Source: an uncultured Burkholderiales bacterium (lineage in GTDB: Bacteria; Actinomycetota; Acidimicrobiia; IMCC26256; JAMXLJ01). From it: a stretch of 24,000 nucleotides of DNA. The number at the start of each line of letters is the position of its first letter. Position 1 is the stretch's first letter. Below the pieces are notes generated by a model. That model was given only the letters and a program-made list of their open reading frames with translations. It did no database searches and had not been told where the DNA came from. A program made the position numbers and the translations under genes. The DNA lies in contig CAZJSY010000002.1 of the NCBI GenBank assembly GCA_964548555.1, positions 1 to 24,000 on the forward strand, given 5' to 3'. This document shows positions 15,490 to 22,874 of the stretch, one piece after another.

Positions 15490-16875
15490 TCAGCGAAGTG
15501 CGGCGTGTGTCAACTGCCAAAGCACGTTGTAGACACTGGTTTGGGCTTCCTGCACGCGATGAACCGACGACGAATCGACCACGAACAAGTGGTCACAGCC
15601 CACGTCCATCATGTTCCCACCGTCGCTGCCGGCCAATCCGATTGTTTCCAGGCCGCGTGCCCGCGCGTCGCGAAGCGCACGGTTCACGTTCTCCGAGCCG
15701 CCGCTCGTCGAAATGCCGAACGCCATGTCGTGATTCCGAGTCAGCGCGGCGAGCTGACGCGCGTAGACGACATCGAAGCTGACGTCGTTCGCGAGTGCCG
15801 TCACAGTCGCGGCGTCGTCGGGCAACGAGACTGCAGGAAGGCCGCGGTCGTCCGCGCTCGTGAACAGGCGGCACAGCGCCAGCGCGTCGGTGCTGCTGCC
15901 GCCGTTTCCGAACGCGAACAGCGTCCCACCGTCTGCGAAGGCCCGCGCCATCGAGGTTGCGCACGCGATCAGCGCGCCGGCGTTCCCGTCGAGCACGTGC
16001 TCCCGCAGCACGCCGATCTCGCCGATCTTCTGTTCCGTGGAGTCGCGGACCTGGAGGTCGAGATCCTCGCCGCGGGCCTCGTTCCCGTACAGGAAGGGAT
16101 ACAGCGGCGCGAGGCCGCCGGGGTCGTCGACGCTCGGCGCTGCGATACCGATCGCCTCCGCCGCGTGCACGAGCACGCGGTCGCCGACCTCCACGTCGAC
16201 GAGGGCCACGCTGATCTCCTCATGGCCACCGGGCGTCTCGACACGTGCCATGGCGTCGGGGAGCATCTCCACGACCATGGCGGTGATGGCCTCGTCGGCG
16301 CACGCCGGACACGCTGAGCGGTTTCCTGCATCGACACGCGCGGAGCCCTCGAGGAACACGTGTACGAGCTCCCAGAGGATGTGGTACGCGGTGACCTGGA
16401 GCTCGCGAGCGATGCAACGGTCGGGTGCAGGCGCTCGCACGAGGTACTTCGCCTCGCCGGCGGCGACGCCGGGCCCACCGAGCAGCGCCACGGTCAGGGC
16501 TCCCGATTCCGCCCCGACGTGCATCGCGTTGCTCGCCACAGGGTCGGAGGCTTCGGTCGTGATCGTCATCACGATGTCGTCGGCGCGGGCGAGGACGCGC
16601 AGGGCGGCGAGATCCGCGACTGCGAGCGCGGGCAGGGCCCGCTTTCCGACGATCACAGGATGGACGAATTCCACGGCGACGTGGCGCGCGTCCGCCTCCG
16701 ACAATCCGCTACCGGCGACGAGGAGCCGGCCTCCCGCTCGGAAGCGATCTGCCATGGCGCGACACGCCTGCGTGAGTGCGTCGGCCTGGCCGAGGAACTC
16801 TGCACTCGCGGCACGTCGCTTCGCGCGGGCGTCCGCGAGGACGTCCACCACTTGACGCGGAGACGGCTCGCCCAT
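15490..16875 (-). CDS. Tri-domain fusion: degenerate SIS domain, HypC/HupF-like OB domain, GmhA-like SIS domain (461 aa)
   Basis: Residues about 265-461 match the phosphoheptose-isomerase (GmhA/DiaA) SIS pattern (FAFGNGGSSTDA, GISTSGGSENVNRALRDARARGLETIGLAGSDGG, HRVQEAQTSVYNVLWQL). Residues about 1-190 repeat the fold with degraded motifs (LVAGSGLSEADARHVAVEF, MTITTEASD, ARELQVTAYHILWELV). Residues about 196-250 (CPACADEAITAMVVEMLPDAMARVETPGGHEEISVALVDVEVGDRVLVHAAEAIG) align to HypC (C...V.E...A.V...G....V.L.LV..V.VGD.VLVHAGFAI). Confidence 0.85.
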   Translation of the reverse strand: MGEPSPRQVVDVLADARAKRRAASAEFLGQADALTQACRAMADRFRAGGRLLVAGSGLSEADARHVAVEFVHPVIVGKRALPALAVADLAALRVLARADDIVMTITTEASDPVASNAMHVGAESGALTVALLGGPGVAAGEAKYLVRAPAPDRCIARELQVTAYHILWELVHVFLEGSARVDAGNRSACPACADEAITAMVVEMLPDAMARVETPGGHEEISVALVDVEVGDRVLVHAAEAIGIAAPSVDDPGGLAPLYPFLYGNEARGEDLDLQVRDSTEQKIGEIGVLREHVLDGNAGALIACATSMARAFADGGTLFAFGNGGSSTDALALCRLFTSADDRGLPAVSLPDDAATVTALANDVSFDVVYARQLAALTRNHDMAFGISTSGGSENVNRALRDARARGLETIGLAGSDGGNMMDVGCDHLFVVDSSSVHRVQEAQTSVYNVLWQLTHAALR

Positions 16876-16885
16876 CGACGAGCGG

Positions 16886-16969
16886 CTAGGGCCGGTGCTC
16901 GTTGATACGCGCCGCGATCACGAAATAGACGACAAAGCCGATGGCGATGAACGCATAGAGGTAGCGCAT
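16886..16969 (-). CDS. 27-aa hydrophobic micro-ORF MRYLYAFIAIGFVVYFVIAARINEHRP at the head of the hydrogenase operon (not in the ORF track)
   Basis: Hand translation of the reverse complement of 16886..16969. ATG 16969..16967 is preceded by AAGAGG with a 5-6 nt spacer. TAG at 16888..16886 lies 10 nt before the SIS-fusion ATG (16875), which itself lacks a Shine-Dalgarno sequence. 23 of 27 codons end in G/C. One predicted TM helix. Speculative. Confidence 0.4.
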   Translation of the reverse strand: MRYLYAFIAIGFVVYFVIAARINEHRP

Positions 16970-17070
16970 GCGATGCCTCTTGCCTTGTTGGTCCGTATCG
17001 CCCCGCTCGCCAGTGTGCACCCTTCCCGGGGATCACCGCCAGGGGTTCGGGCCGAGGGCCTGCCGAGCGT

Positions 17071-17090
17071 CAAAGACGCCCGCGGGCGCA
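17071..17090 (-). terminator. Weak terminator-like palindrome CGCCCGCGGGCG followed by TCTTT on the minus strand
   Basis: 17077..17088 is a perfect 12-bp palindrome. On the minus strand it is followed by TCTTTGA (17076..17070). It lies 20 nt downstream of the stop of the 64-aa ORF and 100 nt upstream of the micro-ORF ATG. The short stem and poor U-tract make this a low-confidence call. Confidence 0.25.
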
Positions 17091-17107
17091 GCCGCAGCGT
17101 CGTGGCG

Positions 17108-17302
17108 TCAGTCGGCGAGCCACACGATGTCGAGATCGGTGAAGCTGGGCGTGCTTCCCTCGACCGTCCGCACGAATACGACGGCCGGAAGGTCGGGATC
17201 CTTCACGACGTGGTCGACGCTCAGTGTCCGGCCCTGATGGCGGAACCGGTCGCCCAGTCGCAGCTGTGTCACCTCGGCGAAGACGGGCGTACGTGCCGGC
17301 AT
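17108..17302 (-). CDS. Hypothetical small protein (64 aa)
   Basis: ATG 17302..17300. GC3 is about 83%. The composition looks like a globular protein (MPARTPVFAEVTQLRLGDRFRHQGRTLSVDHVVKDPDLPAVVFVRTVEGSTPSFTDLDIVWLAD). It lies 57 nt downstream of the response regulator on the same strand. No Shine-Dalgarno sequence and no family recognised. Confidence 0.4.
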   Translation of the reverse strand: MPARTPVFAEVTQLRLGDRFRHQGRTLSVDHVVKDPDLPAVVFVRTVEGSTPSFTDLDIVWLAD

Positions 17303-17359
17303 GCAGGAGATGTCGGCATCGGGACCGTCCCACCTTGAGGCGTTCGCGGTCCGGCTCCT

Positions 17360-18034
17360 TCAGGCGCTCGGTACGACCACGCCGGCCTCGTAGGCGACGA
17401 CGACGGCCTGTGCCCGGTCCCGCACGCCCAACTTCATGAAGACCCGCTTGACGTGTGTCTTGACGGTCTCGACGCTCAACGTGAGCCACTGCGCGATCTC
17501 GCGGTTCGACAGGCCCCGCGCGATCAGCACGAGAACCTCCCGTTCCCGGTCGGTGAGGCGGTCGAGTGTCTCCGCGCTCGTCGGTGACGACGACCGCTTC
17601 GCGAACCCGGCGACGAGACGGCGGGTGATCTCCGGAGTGAGCAGTGCCTCGCCACGGGCGACGACGCGCACCGCGTCCACGAGGTCCTCCGCTCGGGCCC
17701 GCTTCAACATGAATCCGCTCGCGCCGGCGCGCAGGGCCCGGTACACGTACTCGTCGTAGTCGAACGTCGTGAGGACGATCACGCGTGGCGAGGGCTGTGG
17801 CGAGCTGCGCTCGGTGATGCGGCGGGTCGCCTCGATGCCGTCGAGCTCCTGCATCTGCACGTCCATCAGCACGACGTCGGGCGCGATGTCGGCGGCCAGA
17901 GTGCAGGCCGCGACGCCGTTGTCGGCTTCGCCGACCACCGCGATGTCGGGCTCGGCGTCGAGGATCGTGCGCAGCCCGATGCGCGTGGGAACGTCGTCCT
18001 CGATGACGAGCACGCGCACGGGGGCTTCGTTCAC
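17360..18034 (-). CDS. NarL/LuxR-family two-component response regulator (224 aa)
   Basis: The receiver domain has VRVLVIEDD and VVLMDVQMQELDG. The C-terminal LuxR-type HTH has LTDREREVLVLIARGLSNREIAQWLTLSVETVKTHVKRVFMKLGV. GTG 18034..18032 overlaps the kinase TGA (18033..18031) as GTGA. Confidence 0.93.
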   Translation of the reverse strand: MNEAPVRVLVIEDDVPTRIGLRTILDAEPDIAVVGEADNGVAACTLAADIAPDVVLMDVQMQELDGIEATRRITERSSPQPSPRVIVLTTFDYDEYVYRALRAGASGFMLKRARAEDLVDAVRVVARGEALLTPEITRRLVAGFAKRSSSPTSAETLDRLTDREREVLVLIARGLSNREIAQWLTLSVETVKTHVKRVFMKLGVRDRAQAVVVAYEAGVVVPSA

Positions 18035-19614
18035 GACTGTTTCACCGGGATCCGGGCGCGCACCAGGAATCCACCCCTCCCGTCGGGACCGATCTCGATC
18101 TCGCCTCCGAGGACCGATGCGCGCTCGCGCATCCCGATGATCCCGCGGCCGTCGGTGGCATCGCCGGCGGCCGCGCGACCGTCGTTGATCACCACGAGCG
18201 CCAGGGTCTCCGGCTCATAGGCAACCTCCACATGCGCTCGCGGCTCGGCCGTGTGCTTCACCACGTTGGTGAGGGCCTCTTGCACGATCCGGAACGCCGA
18301 CCACTCCACCAGACGGGGAAGGGGCCGCCGGTCGCCGCTGATGGTCAGGTTCACGTCGACGCCGGCCCGCCGCAACGCGCCGACGAGCTCGGGCAACTGG
18401 GCGATCGAGCGACTGGGCTCGAGGTCGGGGGAGCTGTCGACGAGGCCGAGCGCAGCGTCGAGGTCACCGAACGCATCCCGTCCTGTGCTCTCGATCGACT
18501 CGATCAGCTCACGGGCCAGCGGGGGATCCCGGTCGAGCACGCGTCGCGCCCCACCCGCCTGCAACACGATCGCGTTCAGCGCGTGCCCGACGATGTCGTG
18601 TACCTCGCGGGCGATGCGCCGGCGTTCCTCGGCCGCGGCGTCGAGCGCGTCGACGCGCGCGAGCAGTCGCGCGGCCTGGGCGTTGCGCAGCGACCGCTGG
18701 GCACGGTTCCGCTCGCTCACCTCGATGGCCAGCATGAGCGCCGAGAGCAGCGCGACCGCCAGGAACAGCTGGAGGTACAGCAGTTGGGTGGCGGTGCTCG
18801 ACTCCGCCACGATGGAGTCCCTCGCGTTGCCCGACGCGACCGCGACGTCGGCGGCGACGGCCATGGCCAGGCCCGTCGTCGTGAGCACGGAGAATCCGCC
18901 GCGAAGCGCCGCCCACACGAGCACCGGCAGGACGATGTAGATGAGCGACTGGTGCCAGACGAGGATCGTCGTCAACGCAACGCCGGCGGCGAGTGCCGGC
19001 AGCGCGACGACCTCGATCCACGACACCGTAGGGTCGGTGTGGTGGCGCACCTGCTCCACCCAGGCGAGGATGCAGGTGCCGACCACCAAGACGCCCAGCG
19101 CGTCGCCGGTCCACCATTTCGTCGCGATCGACACGGCGGAATCGGACGATCCGGCAAGCGACGCGACCGTTGCGCCGATCACCGCCCCGACCACGGGGCC
19201 TACCACGACCGCGTAGACGACGTAGCGCGTGAAGTACCGGCGCATCCTCGTGTCGACCCGGTAGGTCTTCCGGAGAAGCGTCGCGCCGACGTACGGCTCG
19301 GCGGCATTCGCGACTGCGAACCCGAATGCCATCGCAAGGGATTGTCCGTGCTGGACGTCGACCGCGATCTCCGCGAGGACGATCACCGCGAGGATCCACG
19401 GCCACCGCTCCTCGGGGAGGACGGCGAGCGCCGCGAGCGTGACCCCGGCTGCGGGAAAGAACGCCACGCCCGTGGCGGCCTGGTGCTCGAGCCAGAACGC
19501 ACTCTCCGCACCGAGGACGTAGAGGATGCCGACCCCCAACACCAGGAGGGCAAAGCGCGACGCGCGCAGCTGCATCCCCGACGTCGATCTCAGGACGCCG
19601 CTGTCGCTACCCAC
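18031..19614 (-). CDS. Sensor histidine kinase: MASE1-like polytopic membrane domain, HisKA_3, HATPase_c (527 aa)
   Basis: The N-terminal approximately 300 aa hold about 8 hydrophobic helices with MASE1-like features (GVAFFPAAGVTLAALAVLPEERWPWI). This is followed by the H-box ERRRIAREVHDIVGHALNAIVLQ and the ATPase region FRIVQEALTNVVKHT...GRGIIGMRERASVLGGEIEIG. GTG 19614 is preceded by GGAAGGAAG with a 5-nt spacer. Confidence 0.9.
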   Translation of the reverse strand: MGSDSGVLRSTSGMQLRASRFALLVLGVGILYVLGAESAFWLEHQAATGVAFFPAAGVTLAALAVLPEERWPWILAVIVLAEIAVDVQHGQSLAMAFGFAVANAAEPYVGATLLRKTYRVDTRMRRYFTRYVVYAVVVGPVVGAVIGATVASLAGSSDSAVSIATKWWTGDALGVLVVGTCILAWVEQVRHHTDPTVSWIEVVALPALAAGVALTTILVWHQSLIYIVLPVLVWAALRGGFSVLTTTGLAMAVAADVAVASGNARDSIVAESSTATQLLYLQLFLAVALLSALMLAIEVSERNRAQRSLRNAQAARLLARVDALDAAAEERRRIAREVHDIVGHALNAIVLQAGGARRVLDRDPPLARELIESIESTGRDAFGDLDAALGLVDSSPDLEPSRSIAQLPELVGALRRAGVDVNLTISGDRRPLPRLVEWSAFRIVQEALTNVVKHTAEPRAHVEVAYEPETLALVVINDGRAAAGDATDGRGIIGMRERASVLGGEIEIGPDGRGGFLVRARIPVKQS

Positions 19615-19659
19615 CCGGCTTCCTTCCGCGAATGCAGGTCCGTCACGCTAGCCAACCCC

Positions 19660-19706
19660 CAGGGGTGCCGCACCAGCCACCCCTGTGAATCACTCCACAG
19701 AGTGAT
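19660..19706. promoter_or_regulatory. Two adjacent inverted repeats upstream of the kinase gene: CAGGGGTG-N10-CACCCCTG and ATCACTC-CACA-GAGTGAT
   Basis: Read directly: arms at 19660..19667 / 19678..19685 and at 19689..19695 / 19700..19706, each pair exact reverse complements. They lie 46-92 nt upstream of the kinase GTG. A related TGATCACTC with the palindromes CACGTG and GTGATCAC occurs at 19942..19957, next to the amidohydrolase RBS. Confidence 0.35.
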
Positions 19707-19966
19707 GTGCGCGTCGGTCGTCTTGACGTAGAACCGCGCGAGAGCGGCGTGGCCGGCGCGCCGGGATGCTCAGGCCGGTAGTTGGTGCGACGGGTGGGTG
19801 AGCTCGCTCGTGAACGCAACGCCTCGCCGGCCGGGCCGGACGCGTACAGGCGGCGTCCGACCGTCGCTGCGCCGGCCGCGTCGACGCCCGTCCCCCCGGG
19901 CGTCGCCGCGCGCCCCCGAGCTGGGACACACTGGTCCTCGCCACGTGTGATCACTCGGGGGGATGG

Positions 19967-21163
19967 ATGACTCGTACGGACACGACGCGGCCGTTCCCCG
20001 GGGTACGGGTGATCGACGCCGACACGCACATCACCGAGCCGCACGACCTCTGGACGTCGCGGGCACCGAGCGGTCTCGAGGAAAGGGTGCCCAAGGTGGT
20101 CGACGTCGACGGGCATCCGTCGTGGACGGTCGACGGCGTGTTCCTGAGCCGGGCCACCGCGTCGAGCGTCGTGAACCGGTCCGGTGAGCGATGTCTGGGC
20201 AGCGGCTTCATCCGCTGGGTGTTCGACGACGCGCACCCGGCCGCTTACGACGTCGGGGCGCGACTCGCGGTGATGGACGACCTCGGGATCTGGGCTCAGG
20301 TCGTCTATCCCAACATCGCCGGCTTCGGCGGCCAACGCTTCGGCGACGTCACTGACGACGCGCTGCGGCTGTTGTGCGTCACCATCTACAACGACGCGAT
20401 GGCGGAGATGCAGGACGAATCCGGCCGCCGCTTGTTCCCGATGGGTCTGCTGCCGTGGTGGGACGTCGACGCGTCGGTCGCCGAGGCGCAGCGCATCGCC
20501 GGCCTCGGTCTCCGCGGCGTCAACATGACGAGCGATCCGCAGCTGCACGGCTTTCCCGATCTCGGCGAGCGCGCGTGGGACCCCCTGTGGGAGGTGTGCA
20601 GTGATCTCGCGCTGCCGGTGCACTTCCACATCGGCGCGAGCCAGACGAGCTTCTCGTGGTTCGGTGACTCACCCTGGCCGTCCAACGGATCGGATCAGCG
20701 ACTCGCGATCGGCTCTGCGATGATGTACCTCACGAACGCGCGCGTGCTCGCGAACCTCATCTATTCCGGACTGCTCGAGCGCCATTCCCGCCTCAAGGTC
20801 GTGTCGGTCGAGAGCGGCATCGGTTGGATCCCCTTCGTGTTGGAGTCGCTCGACCACCAGATGAACGAGACGGCTCCGGGCACGATGGACTACTTGTCGA
20901 TGCGTCCGTCGGAGTACTTCCGGCGTCAGATGTACGCCTGCTACTGGTTCGAGAAGCACGACGTCGCGCACACGTTGGAGCTCCTCGGCCACGACAACGT
21001 GTTGTTCGAGACCGACTTCCCGCATCCGACGTGCCTGTATCCGAGCAGCCTGGAGCACGCCGCGCTGGGCCTCGCCGGCGTCGATCCGGCCGTGCAACGC
21101 AAGGTCCTGCAGGACAACGCGGCCGGCCTGTACCGGATCCCGCTCCCCGAGGAGTCGAGATGA
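19967..21163 (+). CDS. Amidohydrolase family 2 (ACMSD-like metal-dependent hydrolase/decarboxylase) protein (398 aa)
   Basis: VIDADTHITEP near the N-terminus (the HxH-type metal site of the amidohydrolase_2 family), then LPVHFHIG and VLFETDFPHP. ATG 19967 is preceded by GGGGGGA with a 4-nt spacer. Confidence 0.88.
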   Translation: MTRTDTTRPFPGVRVIDADTHITEPHDLWTSRAPSGLEERVPKVVDVDGHPSWTVDGVFLSRATASSVVNRSGERCLGSGFIRWVFDDAHPAAYDVGARLAVMDDLGIWAQVVYPNIAGFGGQRFGDVTDDALRLLCVTIYNDAMAEMQDESGRRLFPMGLLPWWDVDASVAEAQRIAGLGLRGVNMTSDPQLHGFPDLGERAWDPLWEVCSDLALPVHFHIGASQTSFSWFGDSPWPSNGSDQRLAIGSAMMYLTNARVLANLIYSGLLERHSRLKVVSVESGIGWIPFVLESLDHQMNETAPGTMDYLSMRPSEYFRRQMYACYWFEKHDVAHTLELLGHDNVLFETDFPHPTCLYPSSLEHAALGLAGVDPAVQRKVLQDNAAGLYRIPLPEESR

Positions 21164-22380
21164 GCTCGCTCGACGTGCGCACGCGCACCGCCGCCGGCAT
21201 CCGCGAGGTCGACACCGTCGCGTTCTTCGACGAGGAGCTGCCGGCCCTGGCTGCGGATTGTTCCGATCTTGCGGTGCCCGGTGCCATCGAGCTCGCTGCC
21301 GCGCCGTTCTGCGTCGGGACCCCGAGCGGCGCGTGGACGCTCGCGCTCGACGGCGCGACGGTTGCCGTACGCCGGGGCGACACCGGCGACGCGCGCGTGG
21401 AGCTCGACGATGACGAGGTCTCGAAGCTCGTGAACGATCTCGTCACTCCGATGACGCTCGTCGCGTCGGCGCGGCTGCGAATGCAGCGGGGCAATCTCGG
21501 CGACTTCCTGGACTGGTGGGTCGTGATGCGCGCGCTGGTCGACGGCCGTCGTGCTCACACCGCCGGGTCGCTGGCGTTCCTGGACCGTGACGGCGCGCCA
21601 CTCGACCTCGGACGCCGGTTCACGCTCGACGACGACGACGTCGAGATCGCGCACTTCCTCTGTACGGCCGGGTTCCTGCACCTCGAGGGTTGGTTCGATC
21701 CCGGTGAGATGGAGCGGATCAGTCGCGACATGGACGTGGCGTTCCCGAGTTACACGCCCGACGACGGCCGGTCGTGGTGGGCGGAGACCGCCGCCGGCAC
21801 GCGGCGTGCGGTCCGCTTGCAGCACTTCGAGGAGCACAGTGCCGCGCTGGGCGCGCTGTTGCACGACGACCGTTTCCTGCGCATCGGACGCCTGACCGAC
21901 GACGGCCATGTCGCGCCCACCACCGCCGAGGCGCTCGAGAAGCCGATCGGGGTGGTGAAGGGCATCTCCGATCTGCTCTGGCACAAGGACTGCTCGCTCG
22001 GCATGCACTCCTACACGTGCTCGGGGCTGACCGTCGGGGTGTCGGTCACCGGGGCCGGCCCGAGCTCGGGCCAGCTGTCGGTGGTGCCCGGATCGCATCG
22101 CGCGCTGGTGCAGCCCGCGCTGTACCGCAAGACGTGGGGCCTGCCACCGCGTGACCTGCCGACCCGCACCGGCGACCTCACCGTGCACTGCTCGTGCACG
22201 CTGCACATGAGCCACCCGCCGGTCAGCGAGGAGCGCCGGGTTCTCTACACCAGCTTCACGCTCCCGCCGATCGACGGCGCGGCCGTCGAGCACGAACGCG
22301 CGGTGAGCGACGTGCGCGAGCAGGCGTACAAGAAGGTGTCGCAGGAGCCGAGTCCCGTCGCCCGCGGCACTCGCGCCTGA
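21160..22380 (+). CDS. PhyH-family Fe(II)/2-oxoglutarate-type dioxygenase with an N-terminal SCP2-like domain (406 aa)
   Basis: ATG 21160 overlaps the amidohydrolase TGA (21161..21163) as ATGA. The C-terminal half has LLWHKDCSLG (HxD), LSVVPGSHR and LTVHCSCTLHMSHP (distal His), typical of phytanoyl-CoA-dioxygenase-like enzymes. The N-terminal approximately 115 aa (WTLALDGATVAVRRGDTGDARVELDDDEVSKLVNDLVTPMTL...) look SCP2-like; this is inference. Confidence 0.82.
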   Translation: MSSLDVRTRTAAGIREVDTVAFFDEELPALAADCSDLAVPGAIELAAAPFCVGTPSGAWTLALDGATVAVRRGDTGDARVELDDDEVSKLVNDLVTPMTLVASARLRMQRGNLGDFLDWWVVMRALVDGRRAHTAGSLAFLDRDGAPLDLGRRFTLDDDDVEIAHFLCTAGFLHLEGWFDPGEMERISRDMDVAFPSYTPDDGRSWWAETAAGTRRAVRLQHFEEHSAALGALLHDDRFLRIGRLTDDGHVAPTTAEALEKPIGVVKGISDLLWHKDCSLGMHSYTCSGLTVGVSVTGAGPSSGQLSVVPGSHRALVQPALYRKTWGLPPRDLPTRTGDLTVHCSCTLHMSHPPVSEERRVLYTSFTLPPIDGAAVEHERAVSDVREQAYKKVSQEPSPVARGTRA

Positions 22381-22409
22381 ATCCGTCCTTCTTCCTCGCC
22401 TTCTTCGCC

Positions 22410-22580
22410 TTACTCGCCCGGCGGTTCGCCGGTCTCGGCGAGCGCCAGCTCGAGTGCCCGGCGCATCCGCCGCGCGGCCTCGGGCGACAGGTGCACGGTG
22501 AGGCCCTCACCGCGCCGGCCGATCTCCTCGACCGTCAAGGCGACCCTCGGGACCGCGTCGTCGTAGTCGTCGCTCACCAT
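22410..22580 (-). CDS. Hypothetical small protein (56 aa)
   Basis: ATG 22580..22578, TAA 22412..22410. 53 of 56 codons end in G/C. Sequence MVSDDYDDAVPRVALTVEEIGRRGEGLTVHLSPEAARRMRRALELALAETGEPPGE. No Shine-Dalgarno sequence, so it may be leaderless. The rest of the 241-aa track ORF looks like a non-coding extension. Confidence 0.4.
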   Translation of the reverse strand: MVSDDYDDAVPRVALTVEEIGRRGEGLTVHLSPEAARRMRRALELALAETGEPPGE

Positions 22581-22874
22581 GACGGACCAGCTGCACGCGA
22601 CCGTCTCTTTGCCGCCGCCCCCGTCAGCGAGCCCTTCGTCGATCGACCGTCTCACGCGTCTCCCCAAACCTCGACCCAGGACGCCGAACGATACGCGTCT
22701 GCGCGCGGTCCCGAGCCTCCCTCCTCGCGCGCTGCGCACCGAGTGGACATTCGTTTGCCATGAAGTTGTCGACGGCTCGAAACGTGCCTGTGACACGGCT
22801 GGACGACGCTGAACGTGGGATTGACGCTGGCGAACCGAGTCGGTCGGAACCCGACGACCCTCGAGGAGTGTGCG

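Noticed and set aside
12505-16317. 715-aa (12505..14652) and 546-aa (14677..16317) plus-strand ORFs opposite hhyL, hhyS and the SIS fusion
   Set aside because: These are antisense shadows: low-complexity R/A/D/V-rich translations, while the minus strand carries diagnostic [NiFe]-hydrogenase and SIS motifs.
18232-22293. 499-aa plus ORF (18232..19731), 328-aa minus ORF (19643..20629) and 450-aa minus ORF (20941..22293)
   Set aside because: They lie opposite the histidine kinase, amidohydrolase and PhyH genes respectively. The compositions are typical of GC-driven antisense frames and no motifs are present.
22387-22406. Pyrimidine tract with CCTTCTTC repeated at a 12-bp period in the 29-bp convergent gap after the PhyH gene
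   Set aside because: It is very short (two copies) with no hairpin or U-tract. It is most simply the gap between two convergent stops.
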